Shown: positions 55,118 to 63,645 of the stretch, piece by piece
Layout: every line of letters starts with the position of its first letter
Position numbering within the stretch: position 1 is the first letter of the stretch
Assembly (NCBI RefSeq): GCF_001194135.2
Contig: NC_068981.1
Coordinates: forward strand, 98,436,074 to 98,499,929
Direction of reading: 5' to 3'
From: Octopus bimaculoides
Taxonomy: Eukaryota
DNA length: 63,856 nt
Position numbers and translations under genes: made by a program
Notes under the pieces: model-generated
What the model saw: the letters and a program-made list of their open reading frames with translations, nothing else
The model's database searches: none
Told to the model about the DNA's origin: nothing

Positions 55118-56770
55118 TTTATTACACACACACACACACACATATATATGTCCAACATCGGGACCAACTTGTGTGCAAACATGGAGGCACATTGGCAAAA
55201 TGCAGCACCTCTAAATGGAAACATTGCCTATCATTGTGGTTTTGTGGCACAAAGCAAAGCCTGCTTTGCCATTCACTCAAGAAAACACACAGTAAATGAT
55301 CTACAAACACTCAAGCAAACTGAGTCCTCAGCTTGTTCCATTTGCCAAAATCTTTGCAAGACACCACCAGGCCTCGAGAGATACATTTATGCATACAGAA
55401 CATGATTACCACTTTATTTTACTGAACCCTCATTTATCATTCACAATGAGAGAATCCATCATGTACAGATACATGTGTGTGTGTGTGTGTGTGTTCTGAT
55501 CAATAAGTATCCGGACTGTTGTTATAGTAATGAAGCTAAAGTACACAGAGTAAAGCCACTTGGCCCAGATTAAACTTGAACTCTGCTGTGCATGTGCACT
55601 AAGTTTTAACATTCTAGCTCACTTCCAATATTTACAGTAGTGCTTGGAAGGAATGTGTGTAGCATGTGATCATTGCATTCACCATGACAAAGAAAGTTGA
55701 GCAGAGAATCTGTATAAAATTTTGCCAAATGCTTGATGATACCTGCTCAGACGCCTATGCAAAGTTTTCAAAACTTTTCATCATTCTCAACACAATCAAA
55801 GTGATCTTGTGCAATTGAAACCCAAATGTCTTTCTGGTCAGCTGAAAGCAATTATGGCACAAACTTGGCAGACTTGTGTCTCATACCCAAATCTTCAGTG
55901 ATAATGGACTGAACTGAACCATAACTAATCTGCACATCCTTTGATAACTCATTGATGGTGATTCAACAATTTTCCCTCACAACTGATGCACATCTGTGAT
56001 GTTTTTCTCAGTTCTGCTGGTTGTGGGTCTCCCAGAATGTTCATCAATATTGACATTTTTCAGCTATCTTGGAAACATCTGAACCACTTGTACACTTGTG
56101 TGCAGCTCATACAATCTTCTCCATACACTTTCTGTAACTTTGCACAGGCCTCTGAGCAGGTATCACCACGGCAACTTTCTCTGTCATGGTCAATGCGATG
56201 ATCACACGCTACACACCTTCCTTCTAAGCACTACTGTAAACAGCGGATACGAGCTAGAACATTAAAAATTAGTGTGCATGCACAGCAGAGTTCAAGGTTA
56301 ATTTTTGCCAAGCGGCTTTACTCTGCATACTTTAGCTTTGTTACTATGGCAACAGTTCGGATACTTATTGATCAGACCACACACACATGCACACACATAC
56401 ACGTATGCATGCACATGCACATACACACACACAAACACACATATATGTATCTGTATAGGATGCATTCTTATGATCAGACCTTATATATATATATATAATT
56501 ATATACTTATATACAAATATACATATATTTTTTTACTTGGCATCAGCATTAGGGTCTCAATTCTGTTGTGGTGGACAGGTCTTTGTATGAGGGCCTATCT
56601 AACCCATACTACTAGGAGTGGGTGTGTGGTAAATAGCTTGCTTACCAACCACATGGTTCCAAGTTCAGTCCCACTGTGTGACACCTTGGGTAAGTGTCTC
56701 CAGCTATAGCCTCGGGCTGACCAAAGCCTTGTGAGTGGATTTGGTAAACAGAAACTGAAAGAAGCCCGTC

Positions 56771-56827
<57 letters not shown>

Positions 56828-58578
56828 TCTGTGTGTGTGTGTGTGTGTTTGTTTTTGTGTGTCTGTGTTTGTCCCCCACCATCGTTTGACAACCGATGTT
56901 GGTGTATTTATGTCCCCGTAACTACCGGTTCGGCAAAAGAGACCGATAGAATAAGTACTAGGCTTACAACGAATTAGTACTGGGGTCGATTTGTTTGATT
57001 AAAGGCAGTGCTCCAGCATGACCGCAGTCAAATGACTGAAACAAATAAAAGAATAAAAAGAAAAGAATAGAATATGAACATATTTATATATATAGCCTGG
57101 ATCACCTGGATTGGGCAGATTGTCTGGTGCTGAGTCAGCTCCCCTGGCCACAGTATTTGCTCCATTCCCCTCATACTCTTGCCATAGGGATTGAAGAAAT
57201 TCAGGCAAATATCTCAGCACTCCATGCATGCAATGAACCTGGTTAACAGAATGGGACAGGTACAAACTGTATATTCAAAGCTGTTCACCAATAGATAGGT
57301 TGGTGCATTAATCACAAAACCAAGCAGTTATTTCCCAAGGTATTTTGTCTGACTCTTTAACAATTCTGCCAAACCACTACCAATAGCATCAATATAATCT
57401 GAATTACTACATAAATCAGTATTGGAGAAATACAGAATAAAAGTGTGTTACCTGAGAGTATCATGAGTCACCAGTGACCCATAACCAGCCTCAATGATAG
57501 CATTTGCCAGCCCTTGACTTAATAATGATTTCATTTCTAGCAACATCTGCTGAGAGCACTCCTGCAAAAGATATGCATCATCATCATCATCATCAAACTT
57601 TTAACATGATTCTATATTAGTATGGGTTAGATAGGCTTGCCATACAAAGACCTGCCCACCACAACAGTCAATACAATAAATTATTGGCCAGTTCATATTT
57701 TTCACTTGCTATAAAGGATAAAAGACCCCCTTCAGTCATGAATGACCATGTGATTGCCTAGAAAGTTACCCTCCGAGGTCTAAGCCAGGGCAAGGTTGTT
57801 TATGGAAGACCAGCAGTCAGCCATGCATACCAGCTCCCCCTCCCCAAGCTACTGATGTCTTTCCCAAAGGCTGATACATCTTGGCATCAGTGACGTCACA
57901 ACTCATTTCTACAACTGAGTGAATAGGTGCAACATGAAATAAAGTGTCTTGCTCAATAACAATACATAGTCTGATCCAGGAATTGAACTTACTAGTGCAT
58001 GGTAGTGAGCCCAACACTCTAACCACTGAGCCATGCACCTTCACTTGCTTTAGCTTCTTTATATTTCATCATAAAAATAAAACTGTTTTCATGCTACACG
58101 ATCTAACTTCAAACAAAGGAAGGCTAGATGGATTTAGAAGGGAAGGTTATAATTTTGAATTTTAATCCAAGGAAGAGAGGCATGCTCATAATACTTACAT
58201 GCATTTTCATTCCTGTTAGTGATGAGGAAGGACCTAAATCCAAAAATCTTCAGCAAAATGACAGAGGTAAATTGTAATTATTTCTTTTGATGAGACATGA
58301 CCAAATTTGACAGAACTTCTGTTTGGATCAACTCCAGTTTATTACTGGAACTAATTTTATTATTCTCATAACTTTGGAAAACAAAGTCACACAAGAGGTT
58401 CAGGGAGGAAGGAACATAGAATATTTACCTTGCGTTGAAGTCCATGTGAAGGATAAGACAGGTACTTTAATGTAAACTGAGGCCCCATACAGGAAACCAC
58501 AGCTTGACTTCTCTCAGGGCTGAGGTTGATTTCTGAGTCTATGATATGAGCAAACTTTTGACAGATATTTTCTTGGAT
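3500..58578 (-). CDS. Multi-exon gene (21 exons found, partial at both ends): uncharacterised protein of more than 1100 aa with a TBC/Rab-GAP-like domain followed by C2-like domains
   Basis: Manual splicing: every exon below has AG/GT boundaries. Phases chain 0-0-2-1-1-1-2-0-1-0-0-0-2-0-1-1-2-0-0-0-1-1 with no stop codon. Domain calls come from motif resemblance only. Confidence 0.85.
4930..6400 (-). mobile_element. Decayed Penelope-like retroelement (RT C-terminal half plus GIY-YIG tail)
   Basis: Frameshifted motifs [15 protein letters not shown] (SLFTNVP), [13 protein letters not shown] (MGSP), [10 protein letters not shown] (RYVDD) and DDCRRH...YIKKLAP. Confidence 0.65.
6406..6620 (+). 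mobile_element. Penelope-like RT fragment, inverted relative to the neighbouring copy
   Basis: [22 protein letters not shown]...IYTRYVDD in ORF 6406-6609. Confidence 0.7.
6768..6936 (-). CDS. Exon 20: [56 protein letters not shown]
   Basis: Acceptor tctctgttaccttacAG, donor CAG|GTAAAA, 169 bp, phase 0-1. Confidence 0.88.
7935..8560 (-). mobile_element. Penelope-like GIY-YIG 3-prime fragment followed by a tRNA-like segment and an (AAT)n tail
   Basis: [16 protein letters not shown] ... [37 protein letters not shown]; A/B-box-like segment at 8014-8085. Confidence 0.65.
9546..9689 (-). CDS. Exon 19: [48 protein letters not shown]
   Basis: Acceptor tttttgtttgtaaacAG, donor CAG|GTAGGT, 144 bp, phase 0-0. 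Confidence 0.9.
10192..10449 (-). CDS. Exon 18: [12 protein letters not shown]...[36 protein letters not shown]
   Basis: Acceptor catttctactttcAG, donor GAT|GTATGT, 258 bp, phase 0-0. Confidence 0.9.
11353..11466. repeat. Perfect 114-bp palindrome abutting an N-gap
   Basis: 57-bp arms, no spacer, centre 11409/11410. Confidence 0.95.
11527..11935. mobile_element. Foldback/MITE-like element with imperfect inverted arms of about 200 bp
   Basis: aatcaaaataagcaacaggatatc... is mirrored by ...gatatcctgttgcctattttgatt. Confidence 0.8.
13620..13776 (-). CDS. Exon 17, start of C2-like domain 2: (S)[14 protein letters not shown]...[20 protein letters not shown]
   Basis: Acceptor ttctgttctgtttcAG, donor AAG|GTAAGC, 157 bp, phase 2-0. 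Confidence 0.9.
14133..14960 (+). mobile_element. Internally deleted maT (DD37D) Tc1/mariner element
   Basis: QQDSAPCNT...[13 protein letters not shown] with 37 residues between the 2nd and 3rd Asp; left end tacacagggtgc; right TIR not seen. Confidence 0.8.
14982..16901 (-). mobile_element. Gypsy/Ty3 LTR retrotransposon relic: 5-prime LTR (16663-16901), PBS, gag, protease; pol and 3-prime LTR missing
   Basis: LTR TGTAG...CTACA; PBS TGGTGTCA; gag [13 protein letters not shown]...[34 protein letters not shown]; protease FLVDSGA and PILGADFL. Confidence 0.85.
15890..16048. mobile_element. Short non-autonomous repeat inserted in the Gypsy gag
   Basis: AT-rich block interrupting gag; a similar sequence occurs at about 49110-49257. 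Confidence 0.55.
19222..20100 (+). mobile_element. Internally deleted mariner element with both TIRs and TA TSD, inserted in a SINE
   Basis: ta|caaggtggtatcaaaaagttccc ... ggaacccttttataccacctcg|ta; fragments [13 protein letters not shown] and [20 protein letters not shown]. Confidence 0.88.
21677..21737 (-). CDS. Exon 16: (C)[19 protein letters not shown]
   Basis: Acceptor gatattttAG, donor CAG|GTAAGT, 61 bp, phase 1-2; bridges exons 15 and 17 exactly. Confidence 0.85.
22630..22830 (+). mobile_element. Solo 5-prime arm of the mariner family that forms the 55493-56378 element
   Basis: Shares gtatccagactgttgctatagtaacgaagctaaag...ctagctcacttcc with that element. Confidence 0.7.
23152..23295 (-). 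CDS. Exon 15: (S)[47 protein letters not shown]
   Basis: Acceptor ttcctcttctttttacAG, donor AAT|GTAAGC, 144 bp, phase 1-1; LGWAFIPL is a typical C2 strand. Confidence 0.9.
24689..25033. mobile_element. hAT-type MITE
   Basis: Ends caagagttctcaacc / gatgagaaccactg resemble CAGTGGTTCTCAA TIRs; flanks atttatct / acctatct resemble a decayed 8-bp TSD. Confidence 0.55.
25070..26220 (+). mobile_element. Near full-length decayed mariner (DD34D) transposase pseudogene
   Basis: [63 protein letters not shown]; multiple stops and frameshifts. Confidence 0.9.
26225..26385 (+). mobile_element. RTE 3-prime-tail repeat ending in (GAT)n
   Basis: ggttggcgttaggaagggcatccagc...gcatggaaagcggacgttaaacgatgatg; copies also at about 1540-1700, 2060-2255, 32020-32190, 32448-32600, 43160-43380, 44376-44750 and 45830-46010. 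Confidence 0.8.
27535..27808 (-). CDS. Exon 14, C2-like domain 1: [23 protein letters not shown]...[16 protein letters not shown]
   Basis: Acceptor tttttttataacAG, donor T|GTGAGT, 274 bp, phase 0-1. Confidence 0.88.
29630..30096. mobile_element. 467-bp MITE with 24-bp TIRs and perfect 8-bp TSD (AATTGTGG), inserted in a SINE
   Basis: TIRs ggtggaattctagtttaggcaccc / reverse complement ggtggaattctggtttaagcaccc (22/24); TSD at 29622-29629 and 30097-30104. Confidence 0.92.
31118..31358 (-). CDS. Exon 13: (Q)[21 protein letters not shown]...[28 protein letters not shown]
   Basis: Acceptor ttttcttttcAG, donor AAT|GTAATT, 241 bp, phase 2-0. Confidence 0.85.
31480..31895 (-). mobile_element. Penelope-like (probably Naiad-type) RT fragment
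   Basis: [12 protein letters not shown]...[19 protein letters not shown]...FGL*R/DNVLAI...[16 protein letters not shown]...PYRKPN...YIKTASSH. Confidence 0.75.
33800..33918 (-). CDS. Exon 12: [39 protein letters not shown]
   Basis: Acceptor ctttctcttctgttgtAG, donor TCA|GTAATA, 119 bp, phase 0-2. Confidence 0.85.
34950..35270 (+). mobile_element. Representative of a second tRNA-headed SINE family
   Basis: gtggctcagtggttagagtg head with central ttgagcaagacactttatttcac; related copies at about 22010-22310, 34530-34880 (-) and 57720-58040 (-). Confidence 0.7.
35619..35780 (-). CDS. Exon 11, TBC C-terminal helices: [54 protein letters not shown]
   Basis: Acceptor tttcactctatttcAG, donor CAG|GTAAGA, 162 bp, phase 0-0; VWDQLFL matches the TBC IWD.FF motif. 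Confidence 0.92.
36300..37000 (-). mobile_element. Possible highly decayed LINE apurinic endonuclease segment
   Basis: One frame with several stops: [10 protein letters not shown]..., SEDRYYLLI..., later DF/LAHH (GDFNAHH-like). Confidence 0.3.
37650..38040. repeat. Compound (GAT/GAC/AAT)n trinucleotide tract
   Basis: Direct reading; similar tracts at 18563-18660, 38620-38740 and 53500-53890, plus many (CA)n, (TA)n and (GA)n arrays. Confidence 0.95.
38133..38291 (-). CDS. Exon 10: [53 protein letters not shown]
   Basis: Acceptor ctaattcttcAG, donor GAG|GTACAG, 159 bp, phase 0-0. Confidence 0.85.
39167..39345 (-). CDS. Exon 9: (G)[59 protein letters not shown]
   Basis: Acceptor aattgcAG, donor AAG|GTGGGT, 179 bp, phase 1-0; [12 protein letters not shown] resembles the TBC L..DP.L..HL helix. 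Confidence 0.9.
41683..41860 (-). CDS. Exon 8: [59 protein letters not shown]
   Basis: Acceptor attcctttacAG, donor AAG|GTAATA, 178 bp, phase 0-1. Confidence 0.9.
42040..42300 (+). mobile_element. Possible LINE (CR1/L2/Jockey-type) 3-prime remnant
   Basis: [16 protein letters not shown] and [12 protein letters not shown] resemble the end of LINE ORF2. Confidence 0.3.
42817..42940 (-). CDS. Exon 7: (G)[41 protein letters not shown]
   Basis: Acceptor tttttctcttAG, donor GAG|GTAAGT, 124 bp, phase 2-0. Confidence 0.9.
43883..44890. mobile_element. AT-rich foldback element (inverted arms of about 135 bp) carrying an RTE 3-prime insertion at about 44376-44750
   Basis: ataagaattgaaataaaagctcaaattaggcaatc... 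is mirrored at ...gattgccaaatttgagcttttattttaattcttat. Confidence 0.7.
46769..46985 (-). CDS. Exon 6, start of TBC-like domain: (D)TRKSV...[33 protein letters not shown]
   Basis: Acceptor ttttatttcctAG, donor GG|GTAAGT, 217 bp, phase 1-2; LPxxLRxxIW resembles the TBC N-terminal motif. Confidence 0.9.
47333..48262 (+). mobile_element. Four head-to-tail copies of a tRNA-derived SINE of about 210 bp
   Basis: Repeated gagctggcagaat..ttagcatg...gagttcaaattcc...gactttgcctttcatcc units; other copies at about 12680-12860 and 29200-29630. Confidence 0.85.
48516..48618 (-). CDS. Exon 5: ([14 protein letters not shown])[20 protein letters not shown]; acceptor either at 48618 (phase 0) or at 48575 (phase 1)
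   Basis: Donor CAG|GTAAGC, phase 1, joins exon 6 in frame. Only the 48575 acceptor is directly in phase with exon 4. Confidence 0.6.
49837..50100 (+). mobile_element. Penelope-like (Naiad-type) C-terminal fragment with a 24-bp inverted duplication at its 5-prime junction
   Basis: [40 protein letters not shown]...[13 protein letters not shown] at 49878-50078. Confidence 0.75.
50150..52157 (-). mobile_element. RTE-clade LINE, ORF2 pseudogene (RT plus internal zinc finger); 5-prime end runs into an N-gap, 3-prime end truncated
   Basis: [64 protein letters not shown]. Confidence 0.93.
53134..53271 (-). CDS. Exon 4: (E)[45 protein letters not shown]
   Basis: Strong acceptor ttttccttcctcAG, donor ATG|GTAACC, 138 bp, phase 1-1. 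Confidence 0.65.
55170..55405 (+). mobile_element. Possible LINE C-terminal zinc-finger remnant
   Basis: [15 protein letters not shown] ... [17 protein letters not shown] (C2H2-like). Confidence 0.4.
55493..56378. mobile_element. Palindromic mariner derivative built from two 5-prime ends
   Basis: Arms of about 250-280 bp starting gtctgatcaataagtatccg; both contain the transposase start MTxKV; the minus strand carries a longer N-terminal transposase fragment. Confidence 0.8.
56611..57062 (+). mobile_element. Representative of the most abundant tRNA-derived SINE (about 400 bp, internal (GT)n, tail gaaacaaataaaaga)
   Basis: Other copies at about 3250-3410, 3780-4220, 8740-8960, 13850-14130, 17250-17620, 18677-19095, 20100-20450, 27020-27430, 41370-41600, 54380-54800 and 60630-60835. 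Confidence 0.85.
57106..57266 (-). CDS. Exon 3: (S)[53 protein letters not shown]
   Basis: Acceptor ctttgaatatacAG gives the in-frame phase-2 start, donor CAG|GTGATC, 161 bp, phase 2-1; acceptor choice is uncertain. Confidence 0.65.
57452..57561 (-). CDS. Exon 2: [36 protein letters not shown]
   Basis: Acceptor ttttgcAG, donor CAG|GTAACA, 110 bp, phase 0-2; the only open frame. Confidence 0.75.
58429..58578 (-). CDS. Exon 1 (first found): [50 protein letters not shown]
   Basis: Acceptor ctttctgtctctacAG, donor AAG|GTAAAT, 150 bp, phase 0-0. Confidence 0.75.
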
Positions 58579-58659
58579 CTGTAGAGACAGAAAGTGAGAG
58601 ATAATAACACATAATAAGGGTGGGTAAGTAGGCAGTACAATCTGCTGCATGGTCAGTTC

Positions 58660-59764
58660 ATCAGTGGCTAAACTGAACAAAAGGTGCTTCAAAGGTCTCA
58701 GTCATTGCCTGCATGAGGTCCAACACTCGAAAGGAGTTCATCCACTTTGCCTCCATGAGGCCCAATGCTCAAAAATCCTTTTTATGTGCCACCAATATGG
58801 ATGCCAGTTATGTGACGCCAGCATCAGCCACGACTGGGATTTCACTTGGCTTGACAGGTCTTCTCAAGCATAGCATATCGCCAAAGGTCTTGGTCACTAG
58901 TCATTGCCTCTGTGTGGCCCAAAGTTCGAAGATCATGCTTCACCACCTTGTTCCAGGTCTTCCTGAATCTTCCTCTACTACAGGTTCCCTTCACAGTTAG
59001 AGATCAGCACTTCTTCACACAGCTGTCCTCATTCATATGCATCACATGATCATACCAGCACAGTCATCTCTCTTGCGTACCACATCTGATGCCTCTTAAG
59101 CTTAACTTTTCTCTCAAGATGCTTACACTCTGTCAAACATGCACACTGACATTGCACATCCAGCAAAGCATAGTGGCTTCATTTCTTTCAAGCCTACACA
59201 CGTCCTCGGCTGTCACAGCCCATGTTTCACTGCCATGTAGCATAGCCGTTTGCACACAGGCATCATACAATCTGCTTTTCACTCTGAGAGAGAGACCCTT
59301 TGTTACCAGTAGAGGTAGGAGCTCTCTGAACTTTGCCCAGCCTAATCTTATTCTCACAGCTACACTCTTGCAGCATCCACCTGCACTACTAACTTGGTAA
59401 TCTAGATAACAGAAGCTATCTACTACCTCTAGCTTACCCCACCTGGCAGTTGATGGAGTCTATTTTTTGTACATTTTATTGTACCTCTTCATCTTCCACA
59501 TACAAAAGCTATTTTCCTTGTTAACCTTCCTATCATATTGCTGCACCTTTTATGTGTCCAAAACTTACACTGGGTGCATCTTATGTTGTTTCTACCTACA
59601 CCTTTTCTACAGATTGAACAGGGCCATCTACATGAAGGGATTTGTGATCTGTCTGCCTTTCTACTTACTAAGACTTTGGGTTTTGCTATGTTAACTCTAA
59701 GGTACTTCGATTCTAGACCTTGCTTCCATGTGTGGAATTTCTTTAGTTCTGGTAATGATTCACC

Positions 59765-59765
<1 letters not shown>
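58660..59765 (-). mobile_element. Second, 5-prime-truncated RTE LINE copy (3-prime half of ORF2 and UTR)
   Basis: [55 protein letters not shown]. Confidence 0.88.
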
Positions 59766-59802
<37 letters not shown>

Positions 59803-60640
59803 TATATATATATTCAATTTTTCACTCTTATTATTTAAATCTATATATACATACATGCATGCATGCGTGCATGCATGCACACACACACACGCACACTCAC
59901 ACACACATGCAATCCAGATACATTTTTTTCTCTCCTCATTCTTTTTTGTAGGAGAGTGTAAGCTCAAAATGTCAGACATCTTCCGTTTTTTTCTGAGCAT
60001 CAAATTAATGCATCTTGTTTGTTGTTCTCTCACCTGTCTCTTTCGGCATAATTTTGAACCACCATATACATACATACATACATACATACATCAGGCAGTG
60101 GCTCTCATGGTTTCTGATCTTAATTGATTGGAAGTGTTATCATGTACATTGTTTTGTCTTGGTATAAAAGATGGGCTACAGCAAATATTCTGCTCAATAC
60201 CACACATTTGCTTGTCAGTTGTTTGACCTTAACCAGTTCAGTATGTCCCTTGGTGGTTGACGATATGTACATCTCTGATCACGAGCAGAAGTAGTGGGGG
60301 AGCATCATAGCCATGTGTTGAGAGGAATTCTTTGGGGTTTGAATAATTCACCTTTGGAAACATGGGTGTTTTGCTCAACATCCTTAAACAAACCTTATTC
60401 AGGGACCTTTTGAACGGAATGGGCTACTCGACCTGAAGAAAATTCTAACTGGGCCCCACAAGCGAGGTCATGTGCTGTTTATCTTGATATGAGATCACCA
60501 TGTCGTGCACATATGGTTGTGATGCATGTGCCTGGTGTACCCTTATCAGACGGGTAGTCATGATGGGTATATTGGGTTTTGTATATTTTACCCCAGTGTC
60601 ACTTTGATGGCATGCACTGCTCTCATACATACATACACAT

Positions 60641-60694
<54 letters not shown>

Positions 60695-60904
60695 TCGATG
60701 GACTTCCACACAGTTTCTTTCTACCATATTCACTCACAAAGCATTGGTTGACCCAGGACTATAGTAGAAGACACTTGTTCAAGGTGCAACACATGTGGTT
60801 CCAAAGTGAGCTTCTTAACCACCCAGCCATGTCTGCACCTGATGTGTATTCAATTCAAGCAAATCCTTCATCATATCATCCTTTCTGACACTAATTTTGT
60901 GATC

Positions 60905-63645
60905 CTTGGTTGGTTGGAAGTAAACAATTTCCTGTATCAAAAGTCAATGAACAATTCCATATAAGTAGGGAAAATAACTTTTATTTTAAGTTTTTAAAAA
61001 AAAACATCACCCCAACTGAAGAAATCTAACACCACTTTTGACCCAAATTATGCAAAATTTTTGTGAGGTTCATAATGCCTACTCAAGTTCTTACCAAACT
61101 TGGTGTGCTGATTTAATGCAATGCAGAAGCAGTATATCTCAAGTTTCAGCTTTCAAGTTTAAGTAGTTTAGGAGTTATAGAGTTTTTAATTTGTTACTAC
61201 TTAGGCCCTATTTTAGGAAATATCCTCTTCTTCTCCTTTTTATTTTGGTGACACTAAAAACCTTGACTATATTAACTGTTTTTCAGAATAGTAGGCTTAA
61301 CCAACTAGAGTATCTAAAATAATGTCTCATAAGAGAAGTGCTTGTGTCACTCAAAGAATCAAAAAAATTTGGATGAAGAATCTCATACAATTTCAAGATT
61401 CACATAGGAAAAGAAGACCTGTTACTCTAGAAGAGTATTCTTTGGAAAACAACTGCAGGATACCAATGAAACTTCAAATTGTCGGTCGCTACCTGTTCCT
61501 TGGAGGTACCATCAAAGGAAGGAAAGAAAGAACAAAGGAAATTTCAAAAGAAGTAACTTTTTTGTGGCAAAAGAAATTAAATTTCCCGTATTTATCAACT
61601 CAAAATGTACAAGCAAAAGTAGAAAAAGTGCTGAATACCTATGATAAATGTGTAAAACAAGGAAAATACAATTCATTGAAAGGAATTTTTGACATCACAA
61701 AGGAAAATGGTGAATGACTGTGCAGTGAGAATAGAAGGTTATGTCATCTTCAAATTGAAAGCAAGGGACAGGTTGGATATGCAACTGGAAAGGCAGCCAG
61801 TTCCAAAACTATCCATCCATCCAAAAGAAGGAAAGTGTCCTTAATACCAACTTCAACCAGAGCAACTCCAGTGTCATCATCAACGTCTAAAGCAGAGACT
61901 GAAAGTGAATATCAAGAGTCTGAAAAATCAGATGAAGTATCCACACAAACAAGGAGGAAGTGTAGCAAAACTGGAACTGCAACCGAGTTAGTAATATCTT
62001 CCAAGCTCTCAACCCAAAAAGCAGCAACAGTTTGTCGACAATTATCTCAAGATGGAATCAATGTCAAGACTCCTTACCAATTTGGTTTTCAGATCGACTA
62101 TCAAAGAAGTTGTTAAACTAAAAAACGAAAATGAAGAAAACACTACATTTATAAAGCTAGTCATTGCATTTTGATGGTAAACAAATTGATGACCAAGAAT
62201 ACCAAATGTTAGTTTTAAAAAATAAACAGAAAGAAGTTAAGTTAGAAGCATTCCAATTACCAAAGGGAAAAGCCGATACTGTTGTGAAAGGAATAACAGC
62301 TGTTTTAGATTAATACAATTTATGGAACTGTGTAAAGATGATTGTCGCTGATACAACTGGTGTGAACACTGGGAAAAGAAATGGCAATCTGTTTGCTCAA
62401 AAGAGTTTGAAAAAACCGCAATTTATTGGTTGTCAGCATCATATCCTTGATAGAGTTCTTCATGTTGTAATGGATAACAAACTTGGAGAGAAAAAAGTCA
62501 TCTTCTAATATTAAATATTCATCACAGAGCTTCTAAGTAATTACAAGAAACTCCAGGCTAATTTCAAAAATGGTGAGGAAAAAAATACTGAATCAGCAGG
62601 ATGGCAAGATGACATGAAATTTTTATTTCATTTGACCAGAGTTTTTTGTTTCTATGAAGAAACCAGAAAATTTCTTACTGTAAAGTTTAAAAAAATACCC
62701 AACTTAAGTAATGCAAGATGGAATTCTCAAGCAATACTAGCTCTTTTGATATTTATTCTTCTACCAGAGAAAAGAGTTTTGCTTCTCAATGTTTGTTGAT
62801 TCATCTCTTACAGCTGGGCAGATTTTTGGCTTACTGACCAAATGTTCAATGCACATGATTATCAGAAGTTATGTGGTAGCCTGCAAGTTCATAAAAAAGC
62901 ATTGAAATCTGAAAAAAATTTTTGGAGTCGAGAGCCATCAAAACTGGAAAATTCCAGAACAAATCAGAATGCAGAATGGGTAATCAAGTGCCTTCAAGAT
63001 TTTTATGAAGTTTGTAAAAAGAAGGAGAAACTACAGCTTCGATTTATCTTATCTAACAAAACATATTAATTCTTTGTTATGTTTAAAAATCTGCAAACAT
63101 TCAGCACCCTTTTTCTCATACAGTTATTTAAAATTGGAATTAAACCTATAACGTTAAAAGTATGTATTTATGTATTATTTTTAATTTTGTATATTATCGA
63201 ATAGCCTAGTTATGAACCTTTGCATAGAGCAATTTCAATTCAGTAATCTTCAAAATGTATAAATATACTTTTATTCCACATCTCTCTTTTGTTTACAAAG
63301 ATTTAGGCAGCGAAAATACTGAAGTGTGAATCTAGTGCCACCGAGTGATTATAATTTTAAAAGCCCATAACTCCGAAACTACTTCAACTAGAAAGCTGAA
63401 TTTTCAGATATACTATTTCTGGATTGCATTGAATCAGCACACCAAGTTTCGTAAAAACTTGAGCAGGCGTTATGAACCCCCTAGAATTTTGCCTGATTTC
63501 GATCAAAAGTAGTGATCGATTTCCTAAGTTGGGGGTGACGTTTTTTTGAACAAAGCAAAATAAATGTTAGTTTCCTAACTTTTATGAAATTATACATCGA
63601 ATTATAGTATAGTATAGCATAGGTTGTGAAAAAGTCATAACCCTA
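60905..63645 (+). mobile_element. Decayed hAT-like (possibly hATm group) DNA transposon of about 2.7 kb with long imperfect inverted arms
   Basis: HFDGK (62167), VADTTGVNTG, GCQHH (CxxH), SNARWN, TNQNAEWVIK; arms at about 60960-61190 and 63360-63590; right end accct. Confidence 0.75.

Noticed and set aside
58199-58233. 35-bp candidate exon with a GTAAGT donor
   Set aside because: It has a stop in the required phase (VLPHH*); exons 1 and 2 join in frame without it.
58579-58692. In-frame upstream ATG (58650) as the start of the host gene
   Set aside because: A strong acceptor precedes exon 1, and the upstream frame runs into RTE 3-prime sequence. The start codon cannot be fixed from sequence alone.
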